Assembly: GCF_000143415.4 (NCBI RefSeq)
Contig: NW_003314365.1
Location: 447,181-511,180, forward strand
From: Selaginella moellendorffii
Taxonomy: Eukaryota; Plantae; Lycopodiophyta
Reading direction: 5' to 3'
DNA length: 64,000 nt
In this document: positions 1 through 13,880 of the stretch, one piece after another
Layout of the letters: the number at the start of each line of letters is the position of its first letter
Position numbering within the stretch: position 1 is the stretch's first letter
Notes under the pieces: generated by a model
Seen by the model: the letters and a program-made list of their open reading frames with translations, nothing else
What the model was told of the DNA's origin: nothing
Database searches by the model: none
Program-made: the position numbers and the translations under genes

Positions 1-739
1 AGTGATATTCAATATGAGACTGCATTAAAAATAAAAAATAATTTTTAATTTGTTAATCTCTCTCACATCAAAAAGACATTAACTGTTTCACATGTGGCTT
101 TTTTTGGGTTTTGTGCTTTCTTCTCTCTTGCTGGCTCTTGCACTCTCTCATCTCTCTTGCAGCACTCTATCATGCACTGTTGTCTCTCTTGCCTTGGTCC
201 AACATGCAGCTTTATCATTTGAGCTTCTCTCCATGTAGGATGTCTCAGTTTTAGGGGTTTAGAATGACAGAGTGTGTTTGGAGAGATGACAACTTAGGGC
301 CGCTGGGTTTCCCCTAGCAAGCCACAAGCCATACTGGAACTGGCAGAACAGGGGCTCTGAGGTGTCATATAAGGTGCAGTTGCCCCTGAACGCCCCATTG
401 CCGCAGAATCTTGCAGGAAATTGGCAAAGAACGCACTTTTAGTGATTAGATCTGCTCTGGCCACTGCAGTGCCACCAGTCAGCTGTCTCAGCTCAAAATT
501 CTCTCATCAATTCTCTCAATCCTCTCTGGAGGACTCTCTCCAATCTAAGGACACTGTTACACTTTTAGACACTTTTAAACACAAAAGCCCAAAAGATGGG
601 AGTGAGGCCCAACCTGACCCTACTTCATTACCCTCTTGTAAGCAGCTAAAATTTCATTTTTCTTTAGTCAACCACACCTTTGGCCCTTGTCTCATTCATA
701 ACTTCTAAAGGTCCACATTCCAACATGGTACTTGCTACC

Positions 740-1340
740 CCAAAGGTAGCAGTTCACGTCTTACTGACATAGCATTTGGTCCCTCGAGTCCTGAGTGTTC
801 AACACGTCCAAGTCCTCATTGATCACTAGTGGTACCACCAATGCATGTCACGTCATGTTTGCTCTTACAATCTCAGTAGTAGTACAAAATGGCTACTACC
901 ACAAACCTGTTCTTCCAAGATGAGACCATCCATTCCATGAGTGGCTATCCCTTGACCACTCCTTAACATCCTTATGATGCTCCAAGCTATGGAGAAACCC
1001 TGTCTTCCAATGTTCCTTGATCCCTGTCCTCTAAGTCCCTTTTCAAACATGACAGTAGTCACCATCTGCCATCAAATCGGGGTCTGGAGACCCACCCACT
1101 AAGTCCCACCTACCCCAACTGTTGGGTTGGACTACTTCTCTTCCACACTTCACAACCCTAGGATGACATTTTGAAACACCATGACCCAACTTGAGCCTTG
1201 TGGGTGCATAAATTCCCCCATCGTCTTTGTGCTTCTTGAGTTCTTCAAGAGACTCACCCAGCCTTATATTTGTGCCAATTGGGGCTATGTATGAGACTTC
1301 TGGGTGGCACAGATTCAAGGTTTAAAATGCTGTCATTATA
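740..1340 (-). mobile_element. Diverged LTR fragment related to the window's LARD-like family
   Basis: Patchy similarity, e.g. ccatgagtggctatcccttgaccactccttaacatccttatgatg versus the reverse complement of the LTR at ~15310-15355. Boundaries approximate. Confidence 0.4.
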
Positions 1341-1879
1341 GCAATCTACAAATGGGCGTCTAGCCCTTCAAGCAACTCTTGCCACTATGTCAGAGCTTTC
1401 ATTCCCCCCTCTTTCCGCCCCTTCCATGTACCAGTCCTAAGGTTTGGGCCACTAAATTGTATCAGATCGTACTTGAAAACATAGAACTATTGATAATTAA
1501 TATGACTGTCTTGCATACTCTTTGATCTTGCACTCACTAAAGTCAGTAGCTTTTTCCAACTTTCTAGCCGAAAAAGGAAGGTAGGGGAAGAGGAAAAAGA
1601 CAAATCAAATAGAGGATACATGAGACTGTGGAATTGTTACATTTGCTTTTTGTTGCTGACCAAAATCCTCCCTTATCCTTCTCCACTGATGGGTTCCCTC
1701 TCGAGCGATCTTATGAACCACCACAAGACTGACAAAAAGTCTAAGCCCTGCTCTAGGAAGTGTATGGTAAATCTGGCACATAAAGAACGGCACTATGTTT
1801 TAGATTTAACCTGCAATGACACGAATAGCCTCAATCTAGTACTGTTCAGTTATTCATGAATGCTTTGTCTCAGCTCCAG

Positions 1880-2899
1880 TTAACGACTCGTACTACCAAA
1901 CTGGTCGAAAAACGAATGATGGATTTGATAGTTGTGTTCATCCTGTTGATACTGCTGCTCCCTGTTTTATAAATATTATGGTGAGAAAAGAACTAAAATA
2001 AAATAACCTTTCTCGCTTAAGTCTTGCGTTGTGCAGATGATCCTCACTCAGCAGTTCATTCTCCAGCCTTAGCTTATTTGCAATCTGCAAGAGGAACAAA
2101 CTGACGCTTTTCTCACTGTGATTTCTCTTACCTCCTCCTCGCATCGTTTTAGCCTTGCTCTTGCACCCATTTGACCATGCTCATAAGCCCAATACTCGTC
2201 CTCCTCCTGCTGCTTTTTCATAACGTTTTCTTGAATTTGTCGAGCAACCACATCATTCAATGCGTTTTTTCTTGTGGCATCTAACGTGGCTTCTTGATCT
2301 TGTTGCATGTAACGCTCTGCTGGAACTATGGTTATCTGGACAGTAATCTACTCATACTCGTATGGAATGCTAAAAAGCTGTTTGCCTTACAGGATCATAG
2401 GCATTAAAAACGTGGTATTGCTTTTTCCATCTCTCTTGAAACTCGTCATCTTGTTTCCTCCACGTATCTTCAAGATCACGTCTTAGTTCAATTCTACCTT
2501 GCCTGCCATCAACGACGTTTTTTTAAGAGTGGAACTATAATGCCGTATAAACCTCAGTTTCTCATCCGTCTGATTCCATTTGTGCAACTGATAGGCCTGT
2601 ATGTGTTCTGCAAATAAACATTTAGTATTGCGAGAAAACTATAGATCGCACCAAGTTTCTTCCTGTTGTCCTCTTGTATTTCTCTTTTTAAAGTCTTTTC
2701 TTGTATTTGTCTCTCAAGTGCAGTAACATCAACCTAAGAGACTGTGACACTCCAAACAAAAACTTACGAAAAAACGAACCGAGATTGCCGACTTGGGATG
2801 AAAAATTCGATCTTTCCGTGCCGCGTCATCGAATTTACGAGTCCGGGAGAATCCAGGACCTCCAATTTCATCTATTTCTTTTCCAGTGGCTTTGAACAT
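1880..2899 (-). CDS. RIB43A: RIB43A-family flagellar microtubule inner protein, 7 exons, ~243 aa
   Basis: Manual splicing: exons 2899-2780, 2733-2652, 2607-2553, 2502-2391, 2335-2132, 2084-2008, 1961-1880, with GT-AG introns of 44-55 nt, give one open frame. Family-like motifs RKDRIFHPKSAISVDVTALERQIQEK, FNAYDP and C-terminal FFDQFGSTSR*. In-frame alternative splice sites are possible at the exon 1 end and exon 5 start. Confidence 0.85.
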
Positions 2900-3399
2900 G
2901 ATGATTTTGACCTGCCGCTTTGCTGCAAACCTAACAAAAGATGGATATTCGAATAGTTAAATCAATGGTATATAGTTAGTGTTCAACATGACAGAAAGAC
3001 CTAATAAACTTGCATTTTTTTCACACGATCTTGATGAAAGGGCCCATCACAGCAGAACGAAAGAGCTATAAAGAAAAAGGAGAACAACAATCACGTTTAC
3101 AAATTGACCTCTCCAGCATCTGGCAGCAGTCTAGTCGTTGCTGCTTTTCACCCGGGCTAATCGCCATCGTGCTGCACAAGCTCGCATCGCTGGGGCTCAC
3201 TCGAGCCCACGCCCGCTCATCTCCACATCCACCAGCCCCGCTGCTCGCGCAGCTACACTACATGCATGTTACAGCTGTCAAGCCCCTCGTCTTCCCTCCT
3301 CGGGCACCCGTGCGCGCTGCCAATTGGAAGCCAAAACCAAACCTGATAAATACCGACTCTAGAGCGTGAGACGGTGGACAGAACACATCTTGCAGGAGC

Positions 3400-4235
3400 A
3401 TGGAATCCAGTGGGGGCGTACTCAGTTTCAAATCCACTCCAGCCATAAGTGATCCTGACCCTCGACCACGGCAACCAGGGGTGGCCTCGCATTAGACCTC
3501 ACGGTGATCGCTGTGATCACCGCTACCTTTCCTGCACTGGACAAAGAACAGTTTGCAAGGCTGTGTAAAGACTTTGTAAGTCTCGTTTTTTCTTCCTTTT
3601 GGTCGCTAAATCAATTTTTGCAGAAGCCTTCTTTAATTTCGTATGGTGGGAGTGATTTCTTCGAGTACTGTAAGTTTTGGTTTGTTCTTTCGGAAAGAAA
3701 TTCAAAGAACATCTTTGTTATGTGGCGATCCACATAGTGCTCATATGATCCCATGTCTTCCACTCAAGACCCCGGGGAGTCCTGTGGTGAGCAACGATCC
3801 TGACTGGTGCTTTTGAGGTGGTAAGTTTGTCTTGAATTTGATTGTAGTATAAATCTTGATATCAGGCTTTTGAAATGCTCAACTTTACTTGGAGCAGGAC
3901 ACCCTGGGAGCAACAGCCAACAGGAATGGAGATGGGATTCAATCTATGGCTTCATACTGCATTCGAGCATCGAGCATTGCTCTCCTCTACTTTAAATCAA
4001 AGAAACATCTGGTAAGCTGATGTTTTGGGCTGCCTTGTGGAGGTGGCTGTCGGTCGCGGATCGCTTATTGTAAAGTTTAGCCATACAATTTTCCACAACT
4101 TCGCAAACACTAGAAAAAGGTTATTTCAAACTCCCTCCTGCTGGGCAATTTCTAGTGTTAGATATTGAGTACTGCGCCACGTGGCACCATGACGGTGCTA
4201 ACGGTATACCAAGCGTGTTAGGTCGGGGAATCCTG
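3400..4235 (+). other. Probable small 5' exons of the downstream coiled-coil gene (model unresolved)
   Basis: Repeated gtaag donors (~3576, 3670, 3821, 4012) followed by ag acceptors ~45-75 nt later. I could not fix a unique reading frame. Confidence 0.4.
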
Positions 4236-4268
4236 GTGATTCTAGTCTCATTGATCCATCTGCTGTAG

Positions 4269-7252
4269 CAAATGGCAAGTGAAACATTCAGTGACAGGAA
4301 GGTCGCATGAAAAGATGGAAATTGAGTCACAGCTAGAAGATGTGAAAAAAAGAATAAAGGATCTGGAAACGTGCTTAGAAGGCTCTGTTGATGAAGATAT
4401 GGCAAATTCAATGACAGAAGAGGACAGTGGGGAGTCTAGTGAAAGTGTCATGTTTGGGACACATGCGATACCAGTTGCTCGCAGAAATACAGTGATTGGC
4501 AAGCCTCGTGTAAGGGAGTGTAGTGATGGAGCTTCGTGCATGGATTCTAGTGGTATGGACTCCGGTATAGTACGACCGGTCATGAAAACATTATATAGGC
4601 AGTTTCTAGGGACGGGCAATGCAGAAACGTCCGTGGAGGAGTTTCGAGAAACCTTGAAAGCTTTAGAAAATCTGGAGCTTGAACAAAAGAACAGTATCGT
4701 AGAGAACTGCAGAAAGCAAAGGATTGAGGCTTACGAGCAAAAGGACAAGAGAAAGACAGAAGACCTGGACGTGCTAAAAAACTTTATCGCATCAGGATGG
4801 AGTTTACTCACGGCAGAAGGTAGAAAAGAATCTCCTGTCGGCAATGGCTGTGAGACGAAAGGCAGGTCGACAGCTAAGATCGGTCATGCCAAGAGTGGCA
4901 CAGATGATGAGAGCCAACAAATAAAAACTTTCAGACACAGAATGGAGGACTCTAGACGAAGGGAGGCAAAAAGAGACGAAATGCTTCATGGCGCTGGAGG
5001 ACTCGAAAAATCAGAGACCTCGACATTAAATGTGACGGACCTGGAAAGGCTGAAAAAGGAGGTGAAACTTGAGCTGAAAGCCCATGAGGAAGCCTGGCGA
5101 AGTCAGCATGCTCGACATGTTGAAGATTTGGTGGACAAAAGGGCGGAGAAATTCATATCGCAGCAGTTCAAAACTTTCGTAGCTGGAACTGAGAAGGCGC
5201 TGTCGGACATGAAAAGTGAACTCTCTCTTGTTCGTAATGAGATGAAATGCGTAGATAAAGCAAGGGACGGCTTGCAAAAGGAACAGGAGAACCTCCGTTA
5301 TGAAACAAAGCGCATAAGAATGGAAGTGCACAATGCGTGTGAAAGCCTGAAGGATAATGACATTCGAATGGAAGACTGCTGCCATCGCATATCCAAGCTT
5401 GTAGCGGACGGTGCGGAAATCAAAGAGCAGATTGCAGAGTTGAAATGTCTGGATTACAGAAAGTTTGCTAAAACTGTTCAAGCGGATGGTTTCGCAACAA
5501 AAACTGAACTTCAAGCGTTCAAAAATGAGCACGAGGCGATTAGTGGGAGAATACTTATTGAAGGAGAAAAAGAAAAGGCTGTCATTATGGACAGGGTAGA
5601 ACATCTCTCACAGCTCTATCTAGGAGGTTTGGAAGATGTAAAGGCTGAGGTATTGAGTTTGAAAGTATGTTTGGATTCTTCTTCATCAGCTCGGTCAGAG
5701 TTGCTCTTGGCAGAGATGAAACGTAGAAACAAAAAGTTCTTGCAGTTGGAAAGCTCTATGAGAGAAAAGGTCGAGACAACAGCAAAGCTTTATGAGAAAT
5801 ACAATATGGGTCTCCAAAAGTTGAAAGAAGAATGGAGTTTTGCTGTGGAGAATTTTCAATTAGAGAATGAAAATCCACTGTTGGGAACCATGGCACGAGA
5901 AAATATTGTGCAAGCTGGTCACACATTTCAAGCAACACGCCTCGAGCAAACTGCAATCGTCAATCGCATCCAAAACTTGGAGGAGAGTGTTGCGAACCTT
6001 GCTAAAACTTCATTATGTGCTACCAACGATCCGCTTATTTTCACAAATATCGAAAAGCATCACGAGGTAACACAAAGTGAGCTTCACAGGCTCGACGACC
6101 AAATGCGTAGCACACTGAGAAAACTAGACCATATCGATACCAATTTTGACAACGAGAAGTATTCCAGCTTGCGCGGTGAGCTTGAAAACCTGGGACAGAA
6201 GGTGAGAGATGCAACCAAATCAAGGACGGTAATTTTAGATAAAATGAGTGAAATGGGAAAGAAAATTCGCAAGATAGAGAATACTCAAAATGACTTTATA
6301 CGGTCAATCAAAGAAGTGCGTGCTAGTGCAAGTGATCTAGAGAAACAAATCACAACATGGGAACCAAAATACGACACGCTCACCGGGCAGCTGAAGGACA
6401 TGAATGAAAGGCTTGCAACTGCTGAAAGTTTTATGACATTGATGGGATCTGACGGTGGTGAAGGACCAGAAACTGTTGAAGCTTCTTCAACTACAGCGTG
6501 TGTGGAGCTTCTTCACACAAGAGTGGACACGTTAGAGGGGCGGGTAGAGCATGTGGCATCTGCTACCATTACCAACTTAAGGTACTTCAAAACACGTGGC
6601 CTCTAACTTAAAACGATACTAATTTTTGTTTCTCAGGATTTTGGATTCCAAAGTAGAACACTATAGGGTCGGTGTTCAGTCAGCCATTGAAGGAGCAGCT
6701 CTGGCAGAAAGTAAATGTGGAGTGCTGGGAGCGGAATTTGTGAAGGTGTTTAGAATGCTTGCCGCGCGTAATGGTAAGCTGAATGATCAAATGACAGGGC
6801 GGAAGTCTCCAGTGAAAACGGAGTGTCCAACAACTAAGGTGCATGAAAGTTGCAGACATTGCAAGAAATCTGAAGAGTTCCCAGACGATGGACAAGAACT
6901 TGAAAATGGTTTTTCTACTTATGGTTGTTCGGATATTCAGAGACGGCATCTAGGACCTACACTCAATGAAAGCAGTAAAGCACAAAGCAGAAGCTGCAGC
7001 TTCATTGAAAGCTATGCAGAGAGCTTTTATGAGAGTGGACAAAACTTCAAGAAGCAGCTTGCGAGCTCCAAAAAGCTGAATTTGACCTCTGCCGGTAGAA
7101 AGGATCACAAAATAGGGTGCAAAAGTTGTCAAAGAACAAACATAAGGCTTGAAGCAGGCAGAATACATGTGAATGTTTGTCATCGAGTTGCTGGTGCAAA
7201 TAGAAAGAGACCAGACAATGTTTTGCTGGAACCTCAGAAGCCACTATACTAG
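4269..7252 (+). CDS. Large coiled-coil protein of unknown function (at least ~975 aa from the last two exons)
   Basis: ORF 4279-6606 joins ORF 6626-7252 in phase through a 55 nt intron at 6582-6636 (TTA AG|gtac...ctcag|G ATT). Long E/K/L-rich heptad pattern, no internal stops. True start is probably in upstream exons. Confidence 0.75.
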
Positions 7253-7479
7253 CAAGAAAAAGCTCTAGATAAATTTTTGGCGGGCCTGAAGCAGGAGAAA
7301 AACGCCAAGTGTGCACCCCAGGTGCGTTATTTATTTTCCTTTCCTGTGTGTCATAAAGTAAACTGGACAATTCAGGTGCAATTACACGACTCACGCGTTT
7401 GTACCTATGATATTCGCAGTTTGTAAAAGCAATGTAAGTTTAGTTTGATTTTCTCTCCCTTACAATGTTTTATCTTTTA

Positions 7480-10400
7480 GAAGAAGCACCAGAGATTCAC
7501 CGGAGTCCACCTCTTTCTTCACTCAAGACATTTTATTGACAAAGCTGGTTTTTGTTTGACCAAATTTTGCTGCATCCATTTTAGCACCTCCTCAAGGATG
7601 CAAGTTTCTAGTGCTGAAGGCAAAATAGCAGCTCACCCTTCGGCTTTTGATGCCCTCTTCTAGCCTTTCTCCACACCCTCAGTGATTACAATAGCATCAT
7701 CAAGAGTCTGTGGACAATACCCTCCTCATGGGATTTATTGATTCAAAGTTGTGCAAAGGTAAGTAGTCATATGTTCATGTAGCTTTCAGTATCCCTGGCA
7801 CACTCCATTGCGTCATGATCCTTATTTAAAAGCCAGTTTCACTATAGGAATATAGCATATGAATGTTACAACCTTTTCTAACACTTAATGGGCAAACTTA
7901 ATAGGAAATAAGGCATCAACATCAGCTTAGCATAATGGATCATCTCTTAAGAACCCACTCAAAGCTTTTACAATCTACTATTTTGCAAGTAGACTAGCAT
8001 TACTATCAATTACTTTGGGGTTGATCATCATTTGAACAAGCAACTTTGCAAACACATTGCTCACAATCATAAGGATATAATATAAAAATCACAATGACTT
8101 GAACAATATCACAAGCAAATATATCACTACTAAGTGCCGACTCTATGGCAAAAATATAACACAAATGCTACACCCACTAATAAAGATTTATAACACTTAA
8201 CATCACCAATTTTATTCATAACACAGAAAAACTTATGCCACCCTTTTTTAGACTAAACTCACAACTAATCCAACACAAAACTATTCAAGCAACAATAAAG
8301 CTCCCTTGTAAAGAATTAAGCATTGTAACCCAAGCTTTCTAATGACAAGCCTAAGCAAAATGGTTTACTTCTTTATAGTTATCCACTCCACAACACACCA
8401 CTCATAAGACCACTACAACCAATACACATCAAAATAGGGACTCTTAATTGTATGATGTGAATATGAACAATGAGATCACACCTCAATATAAATCATCTCT
8501 GAAAGAGAGATGATTAATGTGAACCTATGGGAGGTTCAATTTTTACCACAATAACATAGTAACCACCAATATGCTAACATAAGGAGTTATAGGATTAACC
8601 TTATGAAGTTGAGCATGGTACTCATAAATTTGAGACTTGAAATGGTAGCTTAGGCTACCTATAATGAATGCTGGAATAACCCAAGGAGTTAGGGGTGTAC
8701 CTGAAGAATAAGTTGATGTTCTTATATTGTGAAAAAATACTTCTAAAGTGTAAAGTAGCCCACATGGAACAAAGGGGATACTTAAGTGTTAGAGAATGGT
8801 TCTTATGTATAGGATGTGAATATAAAAAGATATATTTAATTGAGGTAGCATCTCAAGAATAGCCATGCGACTACAACCTTATATGTCATAGGACTAGCAA
8901 GTCTAACATTTGAGTGACTTGGGGGAGTTAATGGATAGTCTTAAGGATATGGATGAAGCAGGTTTTGGATTGAGATGTGTTCTACCCAACTAAGGATTGG
9001 AACAATTCTAAGATTTAAGAATGGGAACAATGAGTATCTCATTAGTGGCTGAGAGGGCCACTTTGAACTCATGAAAAGTTTTTTAAGGAAGAAAAAAACT
9101 TTTGAAAAGAGTTGTGTTTAAACACTATGGTGAAAGGCTAACCATTAGTTACCATAGAAAAAGGTAAAATATGTTCTTGGCAAAAGATATAAACATAAGT
9201 GAAATGTGTTGTGAAGATTGGCTCATAAAAGACACCAAATATTTCATTAGAAGATGCCTTGAGTAGATCAAGGTGGTTGGTTTAGGAAACCTTCCCAATA
9301 AAAATAGGATTGGCATAGCCTAATCTAAAAGGTATAAGATTCAAGTGTTTTAACAAAATATTGATGGAGGTGTGGAAGCACTAGCAATAAGTAGGATATA
9401 ACAACTATGAGGCAACTAAATAAAAGTTTGATATAATTTAATGGAATAGTGGAAGTTAACTTCTTAAGGCTTCTTGTCGGGATAAGGATGAGGTTAGATA
9501 TATCCTTTGAAGGATAAGTTTCTTATGTTGCAATATAATAAATGTCATAAAAGGAAAACTCATCGAACAAGTACATCATTGAGATATATAAGCATCTTAA
9601 AACACCAAGGAATGATGTTTAGTCTTATGAGGGCATTAAATAATGCCCAAGGAATTAAGTTTCTAAAGAATAATGGACAAATAGTGTATAAGGACAAATA
9701 AGAGTTGTTGCTAAGGAACAAAGAGGCATGGAAATCTTACTAGTAAGGCAAATTGTCTAGGGAAAAAGAAATGTGTTAAATGGACTCATTTACTATAAGC
9801 AAACAAATTTCAAAAGGGAAACTAAAGAAGGTAGCTTTAGAACAGACCTCTTGCAGAACAAGAGAAAACCAACCATGGAAGTGAAAAGAGGAGAAAAAGA
9901 GCACATCCTTACATCTATTAATCCAGTTTCTTGCTTGCTCAACAAATAATGCTTCAAAGATTGCATTATGCATATTAGATTTTTTAGCTGTGTATACTTT
10001 TGATTTTGAGGTCATGGTGAGTAGGAACAAGTTTGGATACAATATTTCTTGCCCTCTTTTTTCCTAGGCTTCTGTCACCCAAACCATAGGTGTAGCTATT
10101 GCAAGTAGATTTTCATACCAAAGACATTTACCAAAGACAGTACTCACAGTCCTTTGCTCTATAGCCCTAGTCAAGTGTTTAATTTAGTTTTCAGATTGAT
10201 GTAATTTTTTTCACATAATGCATCAGAATTAATTTATTTTAATGTCAATCTAATGTGCTCCATGTTTTTTTTTACCAATGTTAATATTTTCATTTCTAAA
10301 CATTGGTAGATAAGGAGATAATGTATTCTTGAGTAGTCTTAGGGTGGAACAAGGCACAAGGAGCGAGATGCAAGTGTAGATGGTCCCCAACACTAGAGGA

Positions 10401-13337
10401 GATGGGATGATGACAGCTTAGGTAAGTAGCAAGACAAAGGGATCTGTCTCTAGATCATAGATAGGCATGTAGGAGCATTTAGATGAAAAGTATTCATGAG
10501 ATGAGACTCTAGTAGCTGCTCACCCAAGTGTCACAAAAACTACATCACCAAAATGATGGTTTGGGAAAGTGAAGGAGATCCTTAAGTATGAAGGAGCTAT
10601 TGATCAAGAGCGTAGCTAGGGTGCTAGTAAAAGACTATCTCAATGTTACTCTGGAAGAATTGAAGTCTTGTGGGTTTAGCAATGGTGGTGTGGTTCCTTC
10701 TGGACAAGCTCTGGGGGTGATACCACAGCCAGCCTTGCTTGTCTGCACTGTTGCATTGTTCTTAAGTATTATGACACATGAAAGTGTCAAATCTGAGTTT
10801 GGGATTAACTCCAAAACTGAGCCTGAGTTTGAGATTGAGTTCAGTCTCAGACCGAGTCCAAGTCTTACACAGAGATTGAGATTGAGTTCAAGTCTGAGAC
10901 CGAGTTCGAGTCTTACACGGAGATTGAGATTGAGTTCAAGTCTGAGACTGAGTCCGAGTCTTACATGGAGATTGAGATTGAGTCTGAGTCTAAGCATGTT
11001 TCAGCAATTTAGAGCTTTTGGTTCGGGTGGAAATTGGAGCTTAGGGAGTGATGGAGCAATGAAAAGGGATTTCACCAACATCATGTGTTCTTTACTAGCT
11101 TTGCTGGAGTGGCTATAGCAAGTGAGTGGAGTGGAACTTCCAAAGACATGCTTGAGGAACAAGTATAAAGCAATTAATAAGTGAGTCTCTAGAAAGGGAC
11201 AAAAAAATTATTGACACATGGCAAGTGTTGTGACACATGGAAGTGTTGAGACAGAGTTTGAGATTGAGCCTAAGACCGAGCATAAGATGAAGTCCAAGAT
11301 TAAGTCTAGATCTAAGTTTGAAACCAAGTCCAAGTCCAAGGGTTAAAAGCCCAAAGCAATCGTCATTATAGGATAGTAGAGGGAGGACTCTAGGGGAACT
11401 AGGAAAGCTATAGGGTGATGATATAAACACTGGGGAGCCAAAGGCTAGAGTGAACATAAACGAATAAATAAGGTAACTTGGTGAAGTGTTTAAAAGTTGG
11501 CTCTAGCTCCCTCGGGAGATCAAATGGTCGATACTCCCAATCCAAGTGTAGGTGGCATTACCTACTTAGATACTTGGTGTGCCTCATTGGAACCTCAATC
11601 TAGCCACATAGCTAGGGCACCTAAGGGCACAAGGTGGGGAGAGTACCCACAAGGATTGCATAGCACCATGATATTTTGAAATGTTGTGCCAAAGTCCTAG
11701 ACTGTGGAAAGGAAGAGGAGCATTCCTCTTACATAGTGACCAAAGGCATAGTCACGTGGTGAGAAAGTCTTAGAGGTTGATAGGACTTAGTGGTCAGGAA
11801 TTCGGGTCCTAACCCAGTGGTGGTATTGGTGAGCACTACCATGGATAGAGAACTTGGTAAGAACTGAAGAAGAGATATTTGAGAAGGGTGTTCCCTATAT
11901 CTCTAGGTATTCTAAGGATGAAAAGGTGTGGTTATGAGATGACCACTCAAGGACAAATGGCTCAGTCTTTGGAAGATAGGATTGTGGTATGGGTGGTCTT
12001 AAACTACCATTGAGACCAAGGTGAATGGATGTGGCCTTAGCTTGGCAGGCTAATCTGTTAATGTTACCTTTGGGTGTTTGTCTTAGAATTGGACATGTGA
12101 AGCACTTGGACCAAGTGCAATAGTAGAGTGGCATAGAATCTATTTACAGGGCTAGTAAATCCCCAAGTTGGGAATAGGACTCATGAAGGTTGTGAGTGAG
12201 ACTCCTTCAATTGGTTAAAGGTGTGGTCAAGTGTCTAAAGTAGAATGGAAAAATTAATCACTTCTAATTTAGTATCAGAGCTGTTCCTTAGTCTAACTTT
12301 TATTGGTGGTCAACCACTTAATATTGGTATTGCAAGGTCCCAAGAGTGGGTTTATCCTCTAGGAATAGCATGTCGAGAGGGCATGACTCTCCACTTAACT
12401 TCATACATGACTATATACGTAATGTGGTGGATAGAAAGGGGCTAATAAGGGAATGACTTTAGAATCTTGTGAACAGTAAAAGTTTTACTTAGAGAGTTGA
12501 GGATGTGATTTATATAAGTGCTTGATTTAACAAATTAGCTGATGTGGTTGTGTTAAACAACTATAGTTGGAATTATGCTAATGATAGAGACTTTTAAATA
12601 ATAAAGAAGTTAAAAGACTATCCTCATATAGTTGAAGATAGTGTTCACAAATTTGAGACTAAAGTTAATGACCATAAGAGGTTATATATATGTCCTTGAA
12701 ATGGTAACTAAGGCTACCTTCAATAAAGGCTAGAATAACCCAAGTCCTAAAGTCCCATCCTAAAGTCCCAGACTAAGAAAAGGAAGAGGAGCAGTCCTCT
12801 CGTGTGGTGATCAAGGATGTGATCATGTGGCAAGGAAGTCCTAAAGGTCAGTGGAATATAGTGGCCGGGCCTTCAAGCCTAGACTCAGTGGTAGTGTTGG
12901 CAAACACGGCCGTGGACGGAAAGGGATTTAATGGGTACTGAAAAAGGGATATTGAGGAAGGTTGTTCCCCATATCTGTGGGCATCCTAAAGATGGTAAGG
13001 AGTGGATCTGGGATGATCACCCTTGGACAAATGGCTCAGTTTTTGAGAGATGGGACTGTGATGCAAGTAGTGTTGGACCACTGGAATGATAAAGGTGAAT
13101 GGGCATGGCCTTAGCATAATAGGTTGTGTTGGTGGTACCTTTGGGTGTCAATCAAGGGATTGGACATATGGAGCACTTGGACAAGGTGCAAAGGTTAAGT
13201 GGCATAGGTGCCATTCTTAATGCTAGCAAGTCCCTAAGTTTGGAATAGGACTTATGGAGATGGTGAGTGAGACTCCTCTAAGTGATTGAAGGTGTGGTTA
13301 AGTGACTAAAGTAGAATTGAAAAACTAATCACTTACA
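7480..13337. mobile_element. Cluster of old degenerate LTR-retrotransposon pieces, including an older subfamily of the LARD-like element
   Basis: Gag-like PQTLDDAIVIT on - at ~7680-7715. 8600-9700 resembles the internal region 42000-43150. LTR-like 11115-12267 is followed by PBS-like tagtatcagagc; a second LTR 3' half ends aatcacttaca at 13337. Confidence 0.6.
10848..10991 (+). repeat. Three tandem copies of a 48 bp unit
   Basis: Unit ~gagaccgagtccgagtcttacacggagattgagattgagttcaagtct, built from the same GAG-xxx hexamers as the LTR minisatellite. Confidence 0.75.
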
Positions 13338-13689
13338 AAGGTGTGTTTAAACAATGAGTTGATGTTCTCATCATATGGAATTACTATAATAAGAAATTTA
13401 TACTTCATTATCACTTGTTATGAAATATCCCAAGAACACCTTCAAATGCACTCTCCTTCTCTAGTGCAAAAACTGCACAGTTAGTCTCTTTAGCCACTAG
13501 CACCATCAAACCAAAACCTGCTATAGCATCAAGCATAATCCCGTTATGAGGACAAAACAACTCTAGGAGGATTTGCATGGCCTTTGGTGAATGGTGTCAA
13601 TAGCCAGGAAACTCTATATGATAATCCTCATTGATGACATTCGGGATGATATCTGTTGATCCTAGCAATGCCAAACTTGCACATTCATC

Positions 13690-13880
13690 AGATTGTGTAA
13701 TATTGTGATGGCAAGAGTAGTGGCAAAGAGCATGGTAGTTCCATGCTAAAACCTACAATGAAAAGAGGCAATCAATTTAAAATATGCAAACTAAGGAAAT
13801 GCAAACCTTTTGGATTTAGCCACTTGCTCCTTTTGTTTCGACTGGGATGTTTAAGAGTAGGTAGCCTGATGCAAACTCAA
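13690..13880 (+). repeat. 191 bp direct duplication flanking the solo LTR (second copy 15668-15858)
   Basis: agattgtgtaatattg...gcaaactcaa is repeated immediately after the LTR end; two C/T differences seen. Confidence 0.95.

Noticed and set aside
2518-2524. Apparent frameshift in RIB43A at a T7 run
   Set aside because: The run lies inside a 50 nt GT-AG intron (2552-2503) that restores the frame.
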